Below, in pieces: positions 30,366 through 40,393 of a DNA stretch of 64,000 nt (the first letter of the stretch is position 1; every line of letters starts with the position of its first letter). The DNA is from an uncultured Gammaproteobacteria bacterium (lineage in GTDB: Bacteria > Pseudomonadota > Gammaproteobacteria > Steroidobacterales > CAZJFQ01): contig CAZJFQ010000004.1 in assembly GCA_964545335.1 (NCBI GenBank), positions 5,306 through 69,305 of the forward strand. Reading direction: 5' to 3'. The notes under the pieces were generated by a model, which did not search any database, had not been told where the DNA came from, and worked only from the letters and a program-made list of their open reading frames with translations. The position numbers were made by a program, and so were the translations under genes.

Positions 30366-30794
30366 ATGAAGAGGTTGAGCGTTTTGTTGATGTCTTTGCT
30401 GCTGACCGGCTGCGATGACGCTGCACAGGGTTCTGAAGATCATGCCTTGGCTGTCGTGTACCGGCAGGTCGAGGCATTCAACCGCCACGACGTCGACGGA
30501 ATAATGGAGGTCATTCATCCGGAATTCAAATGGTTCAGTGTCAACGGCGACGCGGTCGAGGTAGAAACGGAAAGTGCTGAGGAGCTGGCAACCGCGATGC
30601 AGGACTATTTCAAAGCGCTGCCGTCAGTTCGTTCTCAGATCACTCAGTCGGTCGTTACCGGTCCCTATGTGGCGATAACTGAGCTGGCGACCTGGGATTC
30701 GGGCCCGGAGGCAAAACAGCAGACTTCTCTGGGGATCTACGAGGTGCGGGGAGGTCAAATCGTGCGCGTTTGGTATTTTCCGGCCAGCCAGTAA
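30366..30794 (+). CDS. NTF2/SnoaL-like fold lipoprotein
   Basis: 142 aa. Lipobox LLLTGC. The mature part resembles SnoaL-like/DUF4440 proteins (VEAFNRHDVDGIMEVIHPEF). Confidence 0.6.
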   Translation: MKRLSVLLMSLLLTGCDDAAQGSEDHALAVVYRQVEAFNRHDVDGIMEVIHPEFKWFSVNGDAVEVETESAEELATAMQDYFKALPSVRSQITQSVVTGPYVAITELATWDSGPEAKQQTSLGIYEVRGGQIVRVWYFPASQ

Positions 30795-30812
30795 CCAACA
30801 AGAGGAACCGTA

Positions 30813-32117
30813 ATGATGACTCTTCGCGACCTTGGCATTGCTACGTTTGCAATGTTGTTCATCCTTGCAGGCTGTACCGACACAACGAGTGGATCGGGAG
30901 AGGATACCGTCGACGCCATCGCAGAGGAATTTGTAGTGCTGGCGCTGAGCCTGGGCCGGCATGACGGTGGTTACGTGGATGCATACTTCGGACCCGAGTC
31001 CCTGGCAGATCTGGCCACCGAGCGGGATCAGTCGCTGGAAAATATCATACAGGCGGCAACGGCACTTGCTCAGCGTGTCGCGGCGTTATCCGGATCAACA
31101 GCCGACTCGGACACGCAGTCTCGTCTTCGGTATCTCGACAGACACCTGGTATCGATGATCGCGCGGATCGATGTGATCAATGGCGAATCAATGTCATTCG
31201 ATCAGGAAGCACGCAGAATTTATGACTCGAAACCGGCCCGGTATCCGGATAGCACGTTTCAGGAGGTTCTGGATCAGATCGATGCCCTGTTACCGGGAGC
31301 CGGTTCGCTGACCGACAGATACAACACGTACCGGGATCAGTTCATCATACCGGCAGATGCACTGGACGAGATTTTTCATGTTGCCATTGACGAGTGTCGC
31401 CGCCGTACTCTGCAGTATATCGATCTGCCTGCCAACGAAGATTTCACGATTGAATACGTCACGGACAAACCGTGGTCCGGCTATAACTGGTACCAGGGCA
31501 ATGCTGTCAGTCTGATACAGCTCAACACCGAACTGCCGGTATATATCGACCGAGCTGTAGATTTGGCGTGCCACGAGGGCTATCCGGGTCATCACGTCTA
31601 CAGCACACTGCGGGATGTACAGCTCTATCGGGGTCGTGGCTGGATCGAGTTTGCCGTTTCTCCGCTGTTTGGACCGCAGGGACCGATTGCTGAAGGAAGT
31701 GCGAACTACGGCATCGAAGTTGCGTTCCCGGGCGGTGAACGGCTTGCATTCGAGAAGACGGAGTTGTTTCCTCGCGCCGGGCTCGATCCCGGGGCAGCCG
31801 ATCGATATTATCGACTTCTGGACCTGTTGATGCGCCTGAATTTCGCGCACAACGAGGCCGCGCGTCGATATCTCGACGGGGAGCTGGATGTGGGGCAGAC
31901 TGTCGCGTACCTCATGCGGTACGGTTTGATGTCTGAGGCGAAAGCCCGGCAGCGCGTGCGATTTATCGACACCTACAGAAGTTATGTAATCAACTACAAC
32001 TACGGCAAGGAACTTGTAGCGGATTATATCTCGCGCTCGGCGGTGACGCCCGAGGAGCGCTGGGCCGCGCTCAGGGAGCTGCTGTCGGGTCCGTTTGTAC
32101 CCTCCGACCTCGAGTAA
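30813..32117 (+). CDS. Lipoprotein with HExxPGHH motif (DUF885-like putative metallopeptidase)
   Basis: 434 aa. Lipobox FILAGC and CHEGYPGHHVY, resembling the DUF885 HExxPGHH zinc-site pattern. Confidence 0.55.
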   Translation: MMTLRDLGIATFAMLFILAGCTDTTSGSGEDTVDAIAEEFVVLALSLGRHDGGYVDAYFGPESLADLATERDQSLENIIQAATALAQRVAALSGSTADSDTQSRLRYLDRHLVSMIARIDVINGESMSFDQEARRIYDSKPARYPDSTFQEVLDQIDALLPGAGSLTDRYNTYRDQFIIPADALDEIFHVAIDECRRRTLQYIDLPANEDFTIEYVTDKPWSGYNWYQGNAVSLIQLNTELPVYIDRAVDLACHEGYPGHHVYSTLRDVQLYRGRGWIEFAVSPLFGPQGPIAEGSANYGIEVAFPGGERLAFEKTELFPRAGLDPGAADRYYRLLDLLMRLNFAHNEAARRYLDGELDVGQTVAYLMRYGLMSEAKARQRVRFIDTYRSYVINYNYGKELVADYISRSAVTPEERWAALRELLSGPFVPSDLE

Positions 32118-32132
32118 TTTCAAACCGGGAAG

Positions 32133-32876
32133 TCAACGAACTGATGCGGGTAATTCCGGTTCCAGCGGCGGCTGGTCTTCCGGTTCGAAGCGATCGACAA
32201 CGGCAATCATGCCGTATACCGGATGATCGAATGAGTACAGCTCACCAAGGCGCCGGATGCGGCGATCTTCATGCATGCGAAAATCAGGCGCTCCGCCGTG
32301 TTCCAGCCTGAGATCAACCTTGAGATGGAGAAACCGGGTTCTCAGAAGCGTGATGTCACCAGTCAGCAGTGACGCGTCTTCCGCAACCGCTGCGATTTCG
32401 AAAGGCAGGGCCGTTTCATTATCATGACCGGCCTGGATCCATCCGACATGCAGCAATGGTTGGTACCGGTCCAATGTCTCCAGCCGGTCAAATTTGTCCA
32501 TGAGTTTCAACAACTCCTCCGGGATGAGTTCGAAGCTCAGAGTCGCCGGTTCCAACTCTTCCCCCTCGGGCGCCGTTTCATGCGTTGAGACATCGGTAGC
32601 TTGGGAATGATCGTTTTCATCAGTTTTGTCTGTCCAAAAGTCGGTATCGCCAATCGGCAACTCGGCCTGCGGGGGGCTCAGCGGAGAAAAATCCTCGGGA
32701 TAAGATGCATCGTGGCTGAGCTGTCGAAAGATGATGATTTCAACTGCGTAGGTGGGGACATCCTCCTGTTCGATTTCAGTAACGTCGTCATCAGGAACTT
32801 GCGACGCGACGGGAGATGTCACGAGCAGCGAGTACAGGCAGGATCGGACAAGAATTGCTGTGGATTTCCAGGACAT
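32133..32876 (-). CDS. CsiV-family (DUF2803) periplasmic peptidoglycan-associated protein
   Basis: About 247 aa from Met30 of the ORF, which removes the overlap with mfd. Signal peptide, then YAVEIIIFRQ near the N-terminus and FDHPVYGMIAVV near the C-terminus, as I recall for the CsiV family. The position downstream of mfd matches Vibrio. Confidence 0.55.
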   Translation of the reverse strand: MSWKSTAILVRSCLYSLLVTSPVASQVPDDDVTEIEQEDVPTYAVEIIIFRQLSHDASYPEDFSPLSPPQAELPIGDTDFWTDKTDENDHSQATDVSTHETAPEGEELEPATLSFELIPEELLKLMDKFDRLETLDRYQPLLHVGWIQAGHDNETALPFEIAAVAEDASLLTGDITLLRTRFLHLKVDLRLEHGGAPDFRMHEDRRIRRLGELYSFDHPVYGMIAVVDRFEPEDQPPLEPELPASVR

Positions 32877-32925
32877 AACGAAGCCAATCCGGGACCAGTT
32901 TACCGGCACTCGCCGACCATTGCAT

Positions 32926-35900
32926 TCAGTGCGCCTGAACTTCGGCACCCCGGCTGTCACCAAAATCGTCGAGCAAAGCCGCCACGAACCGAATCCGGGA
33001 ATCCGGCGATTCGAGTATGGCGCGAAACCGGAGACGGTTTGAGCCGTCGAGGGCGTAGCAATCGGGCCACCGTTGTATGAGGTCGACCAATATCTCCGGC
33101 GCCACGCTCGTATCGTTCCGGAACACGATGGCGCCGCCGGATGCGGAGGCCTCGATCTTCGTGATGCCCAGTGGCGCGGCTTTCAGTTTGAGGGCGGTAA
33201 TCCGAAACAGTGTTTTTGCTGCGGACGGCAGCAACCCGAAACGGTCGATCATCTCGACCTGAATGTTGTCAAGCTGTGCCTGGTCAGCGGCGCTGGCAAG
33301 TCGCTTGTACAATACCAGTCTGAGATGCACATCGGGAAGGTAGTCATCCGGCAACAGTGCTGCGACTGTGAGATCGACGATCGGACCATGATCCAGCGGG
33401 CGGTCTAGCTCGGGATCACGCCCGTCTTTCAGAGCTGCTACGGCTCTTGCGAGCAATTCAGCATAGAGTGAGAAACCAATCTCGGAAATCTGGCCACTTT
33501 GCTCTTCGCCAAGAAGTTCGCCGGCGCCACGAATCTCGAGATCATGAGATGCCAGTGTGAAACCTGAGCCCAGTTCTTCCAGTGCCTCGATAGCCTCGAG
33601 TCTCTTGACAGCGTCCGCAGTCATCCGCTGTTTTGGCGGCGTAATCAGGTAGGCGTAGGCGCGGTGATGAGAACGGCCAACGCGGCCTCGGATCTGATGA
33701 AGCTGGGCCAGACCCAACCGGTCGGCACGATTAATCAGAATCGTATTGGCCGTTGGCACATCGAGTCCGCTCTCGATAATTGTCGAACACAACAGGACAT
33801 TGAAACGGCGGTGATAGAAATCGAGCATGACCTGTTCCAGCCGGCGCTCCGGCATCTGGCCATGCCCGATTTCTATCGTCGCTTCCGGAATCAGTTCGGC
33901 GAGTTGTTCTGCGACATGATCGATGCTTCGTACCTCGTTATGTACAAAATAGACCTGACCGCCACGTTTTATTTCCCTTAGAACGGCTTCCCGAATCAGT
34001 ATGTCGTTCCACTCCGTAACGAATGTTTTGATTGCGAGACGCTCTTCGGGCGGTGTTGCTATCAGAGACATATCGCGAATACCACCAAGCGCCATATTGA
34101 GAGTGCGGGGGATTGGCGTTGCGGTCAATGTCAGGAGGTCAACTTCGGCCCTAAGTGTTTTCAATCGTTCCTTATGACGCACGCCAAATCGATGTTCCTC
34201 ATCGACGATGACAAGTCCCAGATCTTTGAACTTTATTGAATCCTGCAGCAGTATGTGAGTTCCGATGATGATGTCGACCGTGCCGGCAGCCAACCCGGCC
34301 CGAATTTCATTGGCCTGTTTTCCGGATCGGAACCGGGACAGGACTTCCACCCGGACCGCCCACTCGGCAAACCGATCGGAAAACGTCTGGTAATGTTGCT
34401 GGGCGAGCAATGTTGTCGGGACCAGAATTGCAACCTGTTTGCCACCGTGTACGGCAACAAAGGCGGCACGCAGGGCGACCTCCGTCTTGCCAAAACCAAC
34501 ATCACCGCAAACCAGTCGATCCATCGATTTGAGAGACGTCAGATCGTTGACGACGTCATCGCACGCTGCCGCCTGATCGGGCGTTGGCTCAAACGGAAAC
34601 TCAGACACAAAAGCCCGATAATCAGATTCGGCCAGCCGGAAGCTGAATCCGGTACGTGAGGCGCGGCGCGAATAGATATCCAGAAGCTCGGCAGCGACAT
34701 CGCGGATGCGCCGGGCGGCACGCCGGCGCGACTTTTGCCACTGGTCGCTCCCAAGCCGATGCAGAGGTGCCTGCTCCGGTGGTCCGCCGGAATAGCGGGT
34801 AACCAGATGCAAGGTGTGAACGGGGACATAGAGCCGGTCACCCTCCGCGTATTCCAACATCAGAAACTCGGTATGCAGGCCACTTACTTCCATGGTCTTA
34901 AGGCCCAGATAACGACCGATACCGTATTCTTCATGTACTACCGGAGATCCATGTTTTAAGTCTTTAAGATTACTAATGATTCTCTTTGGGTCGCGGCTGA
35001 CGCGTCGGCGTCGGCGAGTTCGTGCGCGGTCTCCGAACAGCTGTTTTTCCGCCAGCACCGCAATGTCAGGCTCTGTCAACTGGAGACCGGTTTCGATGGG
35101 CGCGACGGCGATACCGTGGTGTGCGTCGGCGCGAAGAAAATCGTGCCAGCTGTCAAAAACCGGCAGCCTGGTACCGTGCCTGCGAAGGACATCGAGCAAC
35201 ATTTCACGTCGCCCCGGGGTTTCTGCTACCAGCAAAGAACGGCCCGGGCGGGTTTGAATCCAGTCGTGCAACCCGGCCGCCGGTTGATCTGAGCGAGTAT
35301 CAATTCGAACCTCGGGTGGCAGCTTCGTTGAAAAATTCATGAACAATTGTTGCTGTCCGACGGACTGCAATTCAAAAGGACTGATTCGGATGCTCAAATG
35401 TTTCGCAAACCGCGAGGACAGTTCTTCCGGCGTCGCGAACAGCTCTGTCGGATCGAGCAGCGGTCGTTCCGGATCGGAATTGTGTGCGCGGTATCTTTCA
35501 GCTATGGAATCCCAGATATCCCTTGTTGCATCGTCTAAGTCCGGTGTCGCAGCGATCAGTGCCTGATCTGGTAGGTAATCAAAGAACGATGTGGTCTCGT
35601 CGTGAAACAGAGGCAGGTAGTACTCGATGCCGCCCGGGGCAAGACCCTGTGACACGTCCCGGTAAATACGCGAGCGGGTTGGATCGCCTTCGAACCGGGC
35701 GCGGTAGCGTTGTCGAAATTTCCGTATCACTGCCGGTGTCAACGAAAATTCCCGGGCCGGCAGCAGCTTGATCTCGTCGTGCCGGTCCAGTGTACGCTGA
35801 GTCTCTACGTCGAAGCGGCGAAGGGTGTCGATCTCGTCGCCCAGAAAGTCAATCCGGAAGGGCTGCTCACTGCCCATGGCGAACAGATCGATCAGCGAAC

Positions 35901-36414
35901 CTCGAATCGCATATTCGCCGTGTTCCTCAACCTGTGGCACGCGAATGTAACCGGATGAATTGAGTCTTTGTCCGAGTTCCGTGACATCCTGTTGATCACC
36001 AACGCGAAAGGTCAGGGTGCCGCTGGCGACATAGTCCAGAGGTGGTAGTTTCGGGAACAACGTACCCAGTGCAGCAACAACAATACCGCTGTGAAGATCT
36101 CTGAGGCGGCCTAGCGTATGCAGGCGATTCGACACGATATCCTGGTGCGGGGAGAAGGAATCGTATGGCAGCGTTTCCCAGTCCGGAAATTCCAGGACCG
36201 GATACGCCCGGGCAACGAAAAACCGGAGTTCTTCACGCAGTCGGTCCGCCTCGAGTGCGTTGCCGGTGACAACGACGATTGGGCCATCGTATCGACGTGC
36301 AATTTGCGCGAGTGCCAGCGATGCGGCAGCTCCATGCAGACTTCCCCAGCTGACTGCCGGTTGCCGGGCATCCGGTAGGAGAGGTGCGTCGAATGGACCC
36401 GGTAGCATGGACAT
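32926..36414 (-). CDS. mfd: Transcription-repair coupling factor Mfd
   Basis: 1162 aa. Helicase motifs GDVGFGKTEVA and DEEHRFG, with the TRG motif region. Confidence 0.97.
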   Translation of the reverse strand: MSMLPGPFDAPLLPDARQPAVSWGSLHGAAASLALAQIARRYDGPIVVVTGNALEADRLREELRFFVARAYPVLEFPDWETLPYDSFSPHQDIVSNRLHTLGRLRDLHSGIVVAALGTLFPKLPPLDYVASGTLTFRVGDQQDVTELGQRLNSSGYIRVPQVEEHGEYAIRGSLIDLFAMGSEQPFRIDFLGDEIDTLRRFDVETQRTLDRHDEIKLLPAREFSLTPAVIRKFRQRYRARFEGDPTRSRIYRDVSQGLAPGGIEYYLPLFHDETTSFFDYLPDQALIAATPDLDDATRDIWDSIAERYRAHNSDPERPLLDPTELFATPEELSSRFAKHLSIRISPFELQSVGQQQLFMNFSTKLPPEVRIDTRSDQPAAGLHDWIQTRPGRSLLVAETPGRREMLLDVLRRHGTRLPVFDSWHDFLRADAHHGIAVAPIETGLQLTEPDIAVLAEKQLFGDRARTRRRRRVSRDPKRIISNLKDLKHGSPVVHEEYGIGRYLGLKTMEVSGLHTEFLMLEYAEGDRLYVPVHTLHLVTRYSGGPPEQAPLHRLGSDQWQKSRRRAARRIRDVAAELLDIYSRRASRTGFSFRLAESDYRAFVSEFPFEPTPDQAAACDDVVNDLTSLKSMDRLVCGDVGFGKTEVALRAAFVAVHGGKQVAILVPTTLLAQQHYQTFSDRFAEWAVRVEVLSRFRSGKQANEIRAGLAAGTVDIIIGTHILLQDSIKFKDLGLVIVDEEHRFGVRHKERLKTLRAEVDLLTLTATPIPRTLNMALGGIRDMSLIATPPEERLAIKTFVTEWNDILIREAVLREIKRGGQVYFVHNEVRSIDHVAEQLAELIPEATIEIGHGQMPERRLEQVMLDFYHRRFNVLLCSTIIESGLDVPTANTILINRADRLGLAQLHQIRGRVGRSHHRAYAYLITPPKQRMTADAVKRLEAIEALEELGSGFTLASHDLEIRGAGELLGEEQSGQISEIGFSLYAELLARAVAALKDGRDPELDRPLDHGPIVDLTVAALLPDDYLPDVHLRLVLYKRLASAADQAQLDNIQVEMIDRFGLLPSAAKTLFRITALKLKAAPLGITKIEASASGGAIVFRNDTSVAPEILVDLIQRWPDCYALDGSNRLRFRAILESPDSRIRFVAALLDDFGDSRGAEVQAH

Positions 36415-36468
36415 ACGCCGGCTATCTTACCAGCCCGATTTCGGTTGCATGGCGGTGGGGCAATGACG

Positions 36469-36496
36469 AAAAAGCCGGCGCGTGTTTACGCCGGCT
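36469..36496 (-). terminator. Rho-independent terminator candidate downstream of the 36538..36831 gene
   Basis: On the minus strand, AGCCGGCG-TAAACACG-CGCCGGCT (a perfect 8-bp GC-rich stem) is followed by TTTTT. Confidence 0.55.
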
Positions 36497-36537
36497 GTTC
36501 TGGCCGGGACAATCAGCCCCGGATTACGAATCCCGTT

Positions 36538-36831
36538 TTAACTGTCCTGGTCGGCGTGGGGTACCACGGCGTGGAGCACGCGATCGTATTCAAAGAAAAC
36601 GACAAAGCCCGGGTAGACCCAGCGGCTGATCGGCGGGTCACCGACAGCGTCGTATTTGGTTACCGGGCTGCCGAACTGCGTTTCGACGCTGGTCATGGTC
36701 ATGCCCCGCGAAGGACGCTCGTGAGCCGACTGGGAGTCGATCTGGATCCCGTCAAGCAACAAGGTATCAGCGAACCCCACCCCGGCCAGGCTCAGTGCCA
36801 GGCTCAGGAACGCTACGACTTTAGCTTTCAT
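36538..36831 (-). CDS. Hypothetical small secreted protein
   Basis: 97 aa from Met21 of the ORF. Signal peptide MKAKVVAFLSLALSLAGVGFA. No family recognised. Confidence 0.5.
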   Translation of the reverse strand: MKAKVVAFLSLALSLAGVGFADTLLLDGIQIDSQSAHERPSRGMTMTSVETQFGSPVTKYDAVGDPPISRWVYPGFVVFFEYDRVLHAVVPHADQDS

Positions 36832-37080
36832 GCCGCTACTCCGATCCATCGTCGGGCCGAATATAGCACCGGGCCGACGCGAAACAAACAACCTGGTTCA
36901 CGGTTCCAACAAAGCGGAAGCCCCTGAAATTACAAGGGTTTCCAGATGCCTATCAGGAGAGATAAATGTCAGTTGGGGGATCCCTGGTGTGTCGGGGCTG
37001 CCGTCCTGATGCCTGTCGCCCGGAGCCCGTAGCGTTGTCGCCCGGGCTGCGTCCGGAAAAGTATGGTTTAATCGCCGTCA

Positions 37081-38331
37081 ATGTTTCGCCCCTTCGAAAT
37101 CTTCGTTGGCCTGAGATATTTACGAGCTCGCCGGCGTAATCAATACATTTCGTTTATCTCCGCGATGTCACTTTCGGGCATATCACTGGGTGTGGCCGCC
37201 CTGATCGTGATTATTTCTGTGATGAACGGATTTGAGAACGAGCTTCGCGAACGGTTTCTGGGCGCTACTTCGCACGGTTCCGTGTTCGCGTCTGACGGCG
37301 ATCTCGCCGACTGGCGCGAAATTCGGCAGCAGGCTATTGCCTCCCCGCAAATCGACGCAGCGGCACCGTATGTCCGGATTGAATCGATGCTGGTGAATGG
37401 ACGCACCCTGAGCCCGGCACGAATTCTCGGGATTGTGCCGGAGTACGAAACGACTGTATCGAAAATTGACGATGCGATGCTTGCCGGTCGCCTGGATGAT
37501 CTAACGGACGGTGCCTGGCGGATCGTGCTCGGATTGCAACTCGCCCGGCGTCTCGGCGTTGTCGACGGGGACGACATTATCGTCATGGTACCTAAATCCG
37601 GCACCGACGACGCGATTCCGATCCCCGAACAATGGCGTTTTACCATCAGTGGCGTTTTTGAAGTTGGCATCGAAGAACATGATGGCGTGTTGGCATTGGT
37701 TCATATGGCTGATGCCGCCCGGATGGCCGGAATTGAGCCGGGGCACGCCGGCGGCGTACGACTGCAGACGCAGAATATATTCCGTGCTGCCGATGTTGCG
37801 GCTGCTCTCGCCGCCGAGGTCGGTCCCGGTTATGAATCCACCGACTGGACAAAAGAAAATGCGAGTTATTTTCGCGCCGTGGCGATTGAGAAAACTATGA
37901 TGACAGTCCTGATGTTTCTGATCGTGGCCGTAGCCGCCTTCAATATTGTCGCCACGCTGGTAATGGTTGTGACTGACAAACGTTCGGAGATCGCAATCCT
38001 CCGCACGATAGGTTCGAGTCCGGCCAGCATTGTTTCGATGTTCATGACGCAGGGGATCGTCATTGGTCTGACTGGCACGCTGCTTGGCGTTGGAATTGGT
38101 ATTGCTCTCGCACTCAACGTAGATACAGTTGCCCCGTGGCTGGAGAGTGCTTTTGGTTTCAAAATTTTTGATCCAGGCGTCTATTACATTTCGGAGATTC
38201 CTTCGGATCTTCGGGCTGGCAACGTTGTGGCAACTGCATCCATCGCGTTTCTGCTAACGTTTGTCTCGACTCTTTATCCATCCTTCCGGGCAGCAAAGAC
38301 GCCACCAGCCGAGGCTTTGCGCTATGACTGA
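37081..38331 (+). CDS. lolC: Lipoprotein-releasing ABC transporter permease (LolC/E family), copy 1
   Basis: 416 aa. N-terminus FEIFVGLRYLRARRRNQYISFIS, FtsX-type C-terminal domain. Confidence 0.85.
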   Translation: MFRPFEIFVGLRYLRARRRNQYISFISAMSLSGISLGVAALIVIISVMNGFENELRERFLGATSHGSVFASDGDLADWREIRQQAIASPQIDAAAPYVRIESMLVNGRTLSPARILGIVPEYETTVSKIDDAMLAGRLDDLTDGAWRIVLGLQLARRLGVVDGDDIIVMVPKSGTDDAIPIPEQWRFTISGVFEVGIEEHDGVLALVHMADAARMAGIEPGHAGGVRLQTQNIFRAADVAAALAAEVGPGYESTDWTKENASYFRAVAIEKTMMTVLMFLIVAVAAFNIVATLVMVVTDKRSEIAILRTIGSSPASIVSMFMTQGIVIGLTGTLLGVGIGIALALNVDTVAPWLESAFGFKIFDPGVYYISEIPSDLRAGNVVATASIAFLLTFVSTLYPSFRAAKTPPAEALRYD

Positions 38332-38361
38332 CCGGCCTGCATGGCGACGCGGGATGTGCGT

Positions 38362-39606
38362 ATGAGCTTCAGCCCGGAACTGTATATCGGCACACGCTAT
38401 GTCAGGTCACACGGCCGCAATCGATTTCTGTCGTTTATCTCCGCAATTTCGATGCTCGGCATCGCTGTCGGTGTCGCCGTTCTGATCGTTGTGCTGTCGG
38501 TCGTCAACGGATTTGAGACCGAGCTGCGCGAGCGGCTTCTCAGCATGACTTCGCACGCAACGATATCGGGCTATACGGATGAACTTCGCAACTGGCAGGA
38601 TCTTCGCGGTATTGCTCTGCGCCACGATGAGGTTGTCGGCGCGGCGCCATACGTCGAGGCGGAGGCCATGCTGTTGGCCAACGGCGAGATGAGCGGAGCA
38701 CTCCTGAGCGGCATCGATCCGGAACTCGAGCAAACCGTGTCGGGCGTGCACGAAAAAATGACCACCGGGGAGCTTGGCAGTCTGCGGCCGGGCGCCTATA
38801 ACATTGTCTTGGGAAAAGCGTTAGCTGAAGCTTTGGGTGTCGGTGACGGTGACAAATTGTATGTTGCAGTTGCGCACAGCAGAGTGACACCGGTCGGTAT
38901 TTTCCCCACGGTGAAGAAATTTACCGTCAGCGGGCTTTTCGAAGTCGGCATGCACGAGTACGACCGCAACGTGGGCTTTATCCACCAGTCTGATGCACAA
39001 AAACTCTATCGCATGGGGTCCAGAGTGACCGGTGTTCGGCTCAAACTTGTCGATCTGTTCCGCGCACCGGTTGTAGTCCGTGAGGTCGCTCAGGATATCG
39101 GCGGAGTTTATGTCAGTGACTGGACGCGACGGCATGTCAATTTTTTCCGCTCGATTCAAACGACCAAAAGTATTCTATTTGTCATACTGTTGCTGGTGGT
39201 CGGCGTCGCTGCGTTTAACATCGTCTCAACGCTGGTTATGGTGGTGAAGGAAAAAGAGGGCGACATCGCCATATTGCGAACGCTGGGGTCAACGCCGGCC
39301 AGCATCACGGGAATATTCATGGTTCAGGGTACGATAATCGGATTCGTCGGCACCTTGGCGGGCGTAGCGCTGGGCTTGCTGATTGCCGTCAATACCGAGG
39401 TGTTGGTTCAGGGACTGGAGGCGGTGCTGAATACCAAATTACTTGCGCCCGACGTGTATTTCATCAGCGATCTGCCTTCGGAGGTGAGGGCGCGCGATCT
39501 TCTCGTCATCAGCACAACAGCGTTTGCCGTATCGTTCTTGTCGACTTTGTATCCGGCGCGTCGTGCGGCGCGGACTCAGCCGGCCGAGGTCTTGAGATAT
39601 GAGTGA
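38362..39606 (+). CDS. lolE: Lipoprotein-releasing ABC transporter permease (LolC/E family), copy 2
   Basis: About 414 aa from ATG 38362 (MSFSPELYIGTRYVRSHGRNRFLSFIS, parallel to copy 1). The C versus E assignment is by position only. Confidence 0.8.
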   Translation: MSFSPELYIGTRYVRSHGRNRFLSFISAISMLGIAVGVAVLIVVLSVVNGFETELRERLLSMTSHATISGYTDELRNWQDLRGIALRHDEVVGAAPYVEAEAMLLANGEMSGALLSGIDPELEQTVSGVHEKMTTGELGSLRPGAYNIVLGKALAEALGVGDGDKLYVAVAHSRVTPVGIFPTVKKFTVSGLFEVGMHEYDRNVGFIHQSDAQKLYRMGSRVTGVRLKLVDLFRAPVVVREVAQDIGGVYVSDWTRRHVNFFRSIQTTKSILFVILLLVVGVAAFNIVSTLVMVVKEKEGDIAILRTLGSTPASITGIFMVQGTIIGFVGTLAGVALGLLIAVNTEVLVQGLEAVLNTKLLAPDVYFISDLPSEVRARDLLVISTTAFAVSFLSTLYPARRAARTQPAEVLRYE

Positions 39607-40330
39607 CGACACTCAGAATCTGCAGCCTGGGAAATCCTCTGCCTCGGTACTGAGAACGCACGAACTTGCGCGTCACTTCAATGAGGGGGGATCGGTTCTT
39701 AAAGTACTTGATGGCATTAATCTGAATGTCGGCCGCGGCGAGCGCGTTGCGATCGTCGGGGCATCCGGATCCGGCAAAACGACATTACTGCAACTGCTCG
39801 GCGGACTCGACAAACCTACCGCCGGTACCGTTCACGTTTGCGGTGAGAGTATGGCGGAATTGTCTGATGCAGAGCGCGGACGGCTGCGAAACCGTGCTAT
39901 CGGTTTCATCTACCAGTTCCACCATCTCTTGCCCGAGTTTAGCGCGATAGAGAACGTCGCCATGCCTTTGCTGGTGCGACGTGAAAATCCGGCACAGGCC
40001 CGTCATGCTGCGGAGCGCTTACTGGATCGTGTTGGCCTTCGCGAGCGCCTCGGGCATCGACCGGGGCAACTGTCCGGCGGCGAGCGTCAGCGGGCAGCGG
40101 TGGCCCGAGCGCTGATTACCAACCCGGCCATCGTGTTGGCCGACGAACCGACCGGTAATCTGGATGCCGCTGCCGGCGAGCGTGTTCTCGAGCTTATGCT
40201 CGAGCTCAATGCAGAGCTCCGAACCAGCCTGGTCATCGTGACCCATGATCTCGGAATCGCAGCGCGCATGCAGCGCATGCTGTCGCTCTCCGAATCTCAC
40301 CTACACGAGCAAAAACAACTGTCGGACTGA
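39599..40330 (+). CDS. lolD: Lipoprotein-releasing system ATP-binding protein LolD
   Basis: 243 aa. Walker A GASGSGKTT, signature LSGGERQR, Walker B VLADEPTG. Confidence 0.93.
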   Translation: MSDDTQNLQPGKSSASVLRTHELARHFNEGGSVLKVLDGINLNVGRGERVAIVGASGSGKTTLLQLLGGLDKPTAGTVHVCGESMAELSDAERGRLRNRAIGFIYQFHHLLPEFSAIENVAMPLLVRRENPAQARHAAERLLDRVGLRERLGHRPGQLSGGERQRAAVARALITNPAIVLADEPTGNLDAAAGERVLELMLELNAELRTSLVIVTHDLGIAARMQRMLSLSESHLHEQKQLSD

Positions 40331-40393
40331 TACCCGACTACTGTTAGAACATCTGTCTTACCCGGACCAGCCGGGTGCTGCAGGAGGCCGGCT

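Noticed and set aside
37013-37045. Short direct repeat TGTCGCCCGG twice, upstream of lolC
   Set aside because: It is only 10 bp in GC-rich DNA, with no symmetry or promoter context, so it is likely chance.
38011-38023. GGTTCGAGTCCGG, resembling a tRNA T-arm
   Set aside because: It lies in-frame inside lolC (encoding ...IGSSPAS...). I found no acceptor, D-arm or anticodon-arm complement around it.
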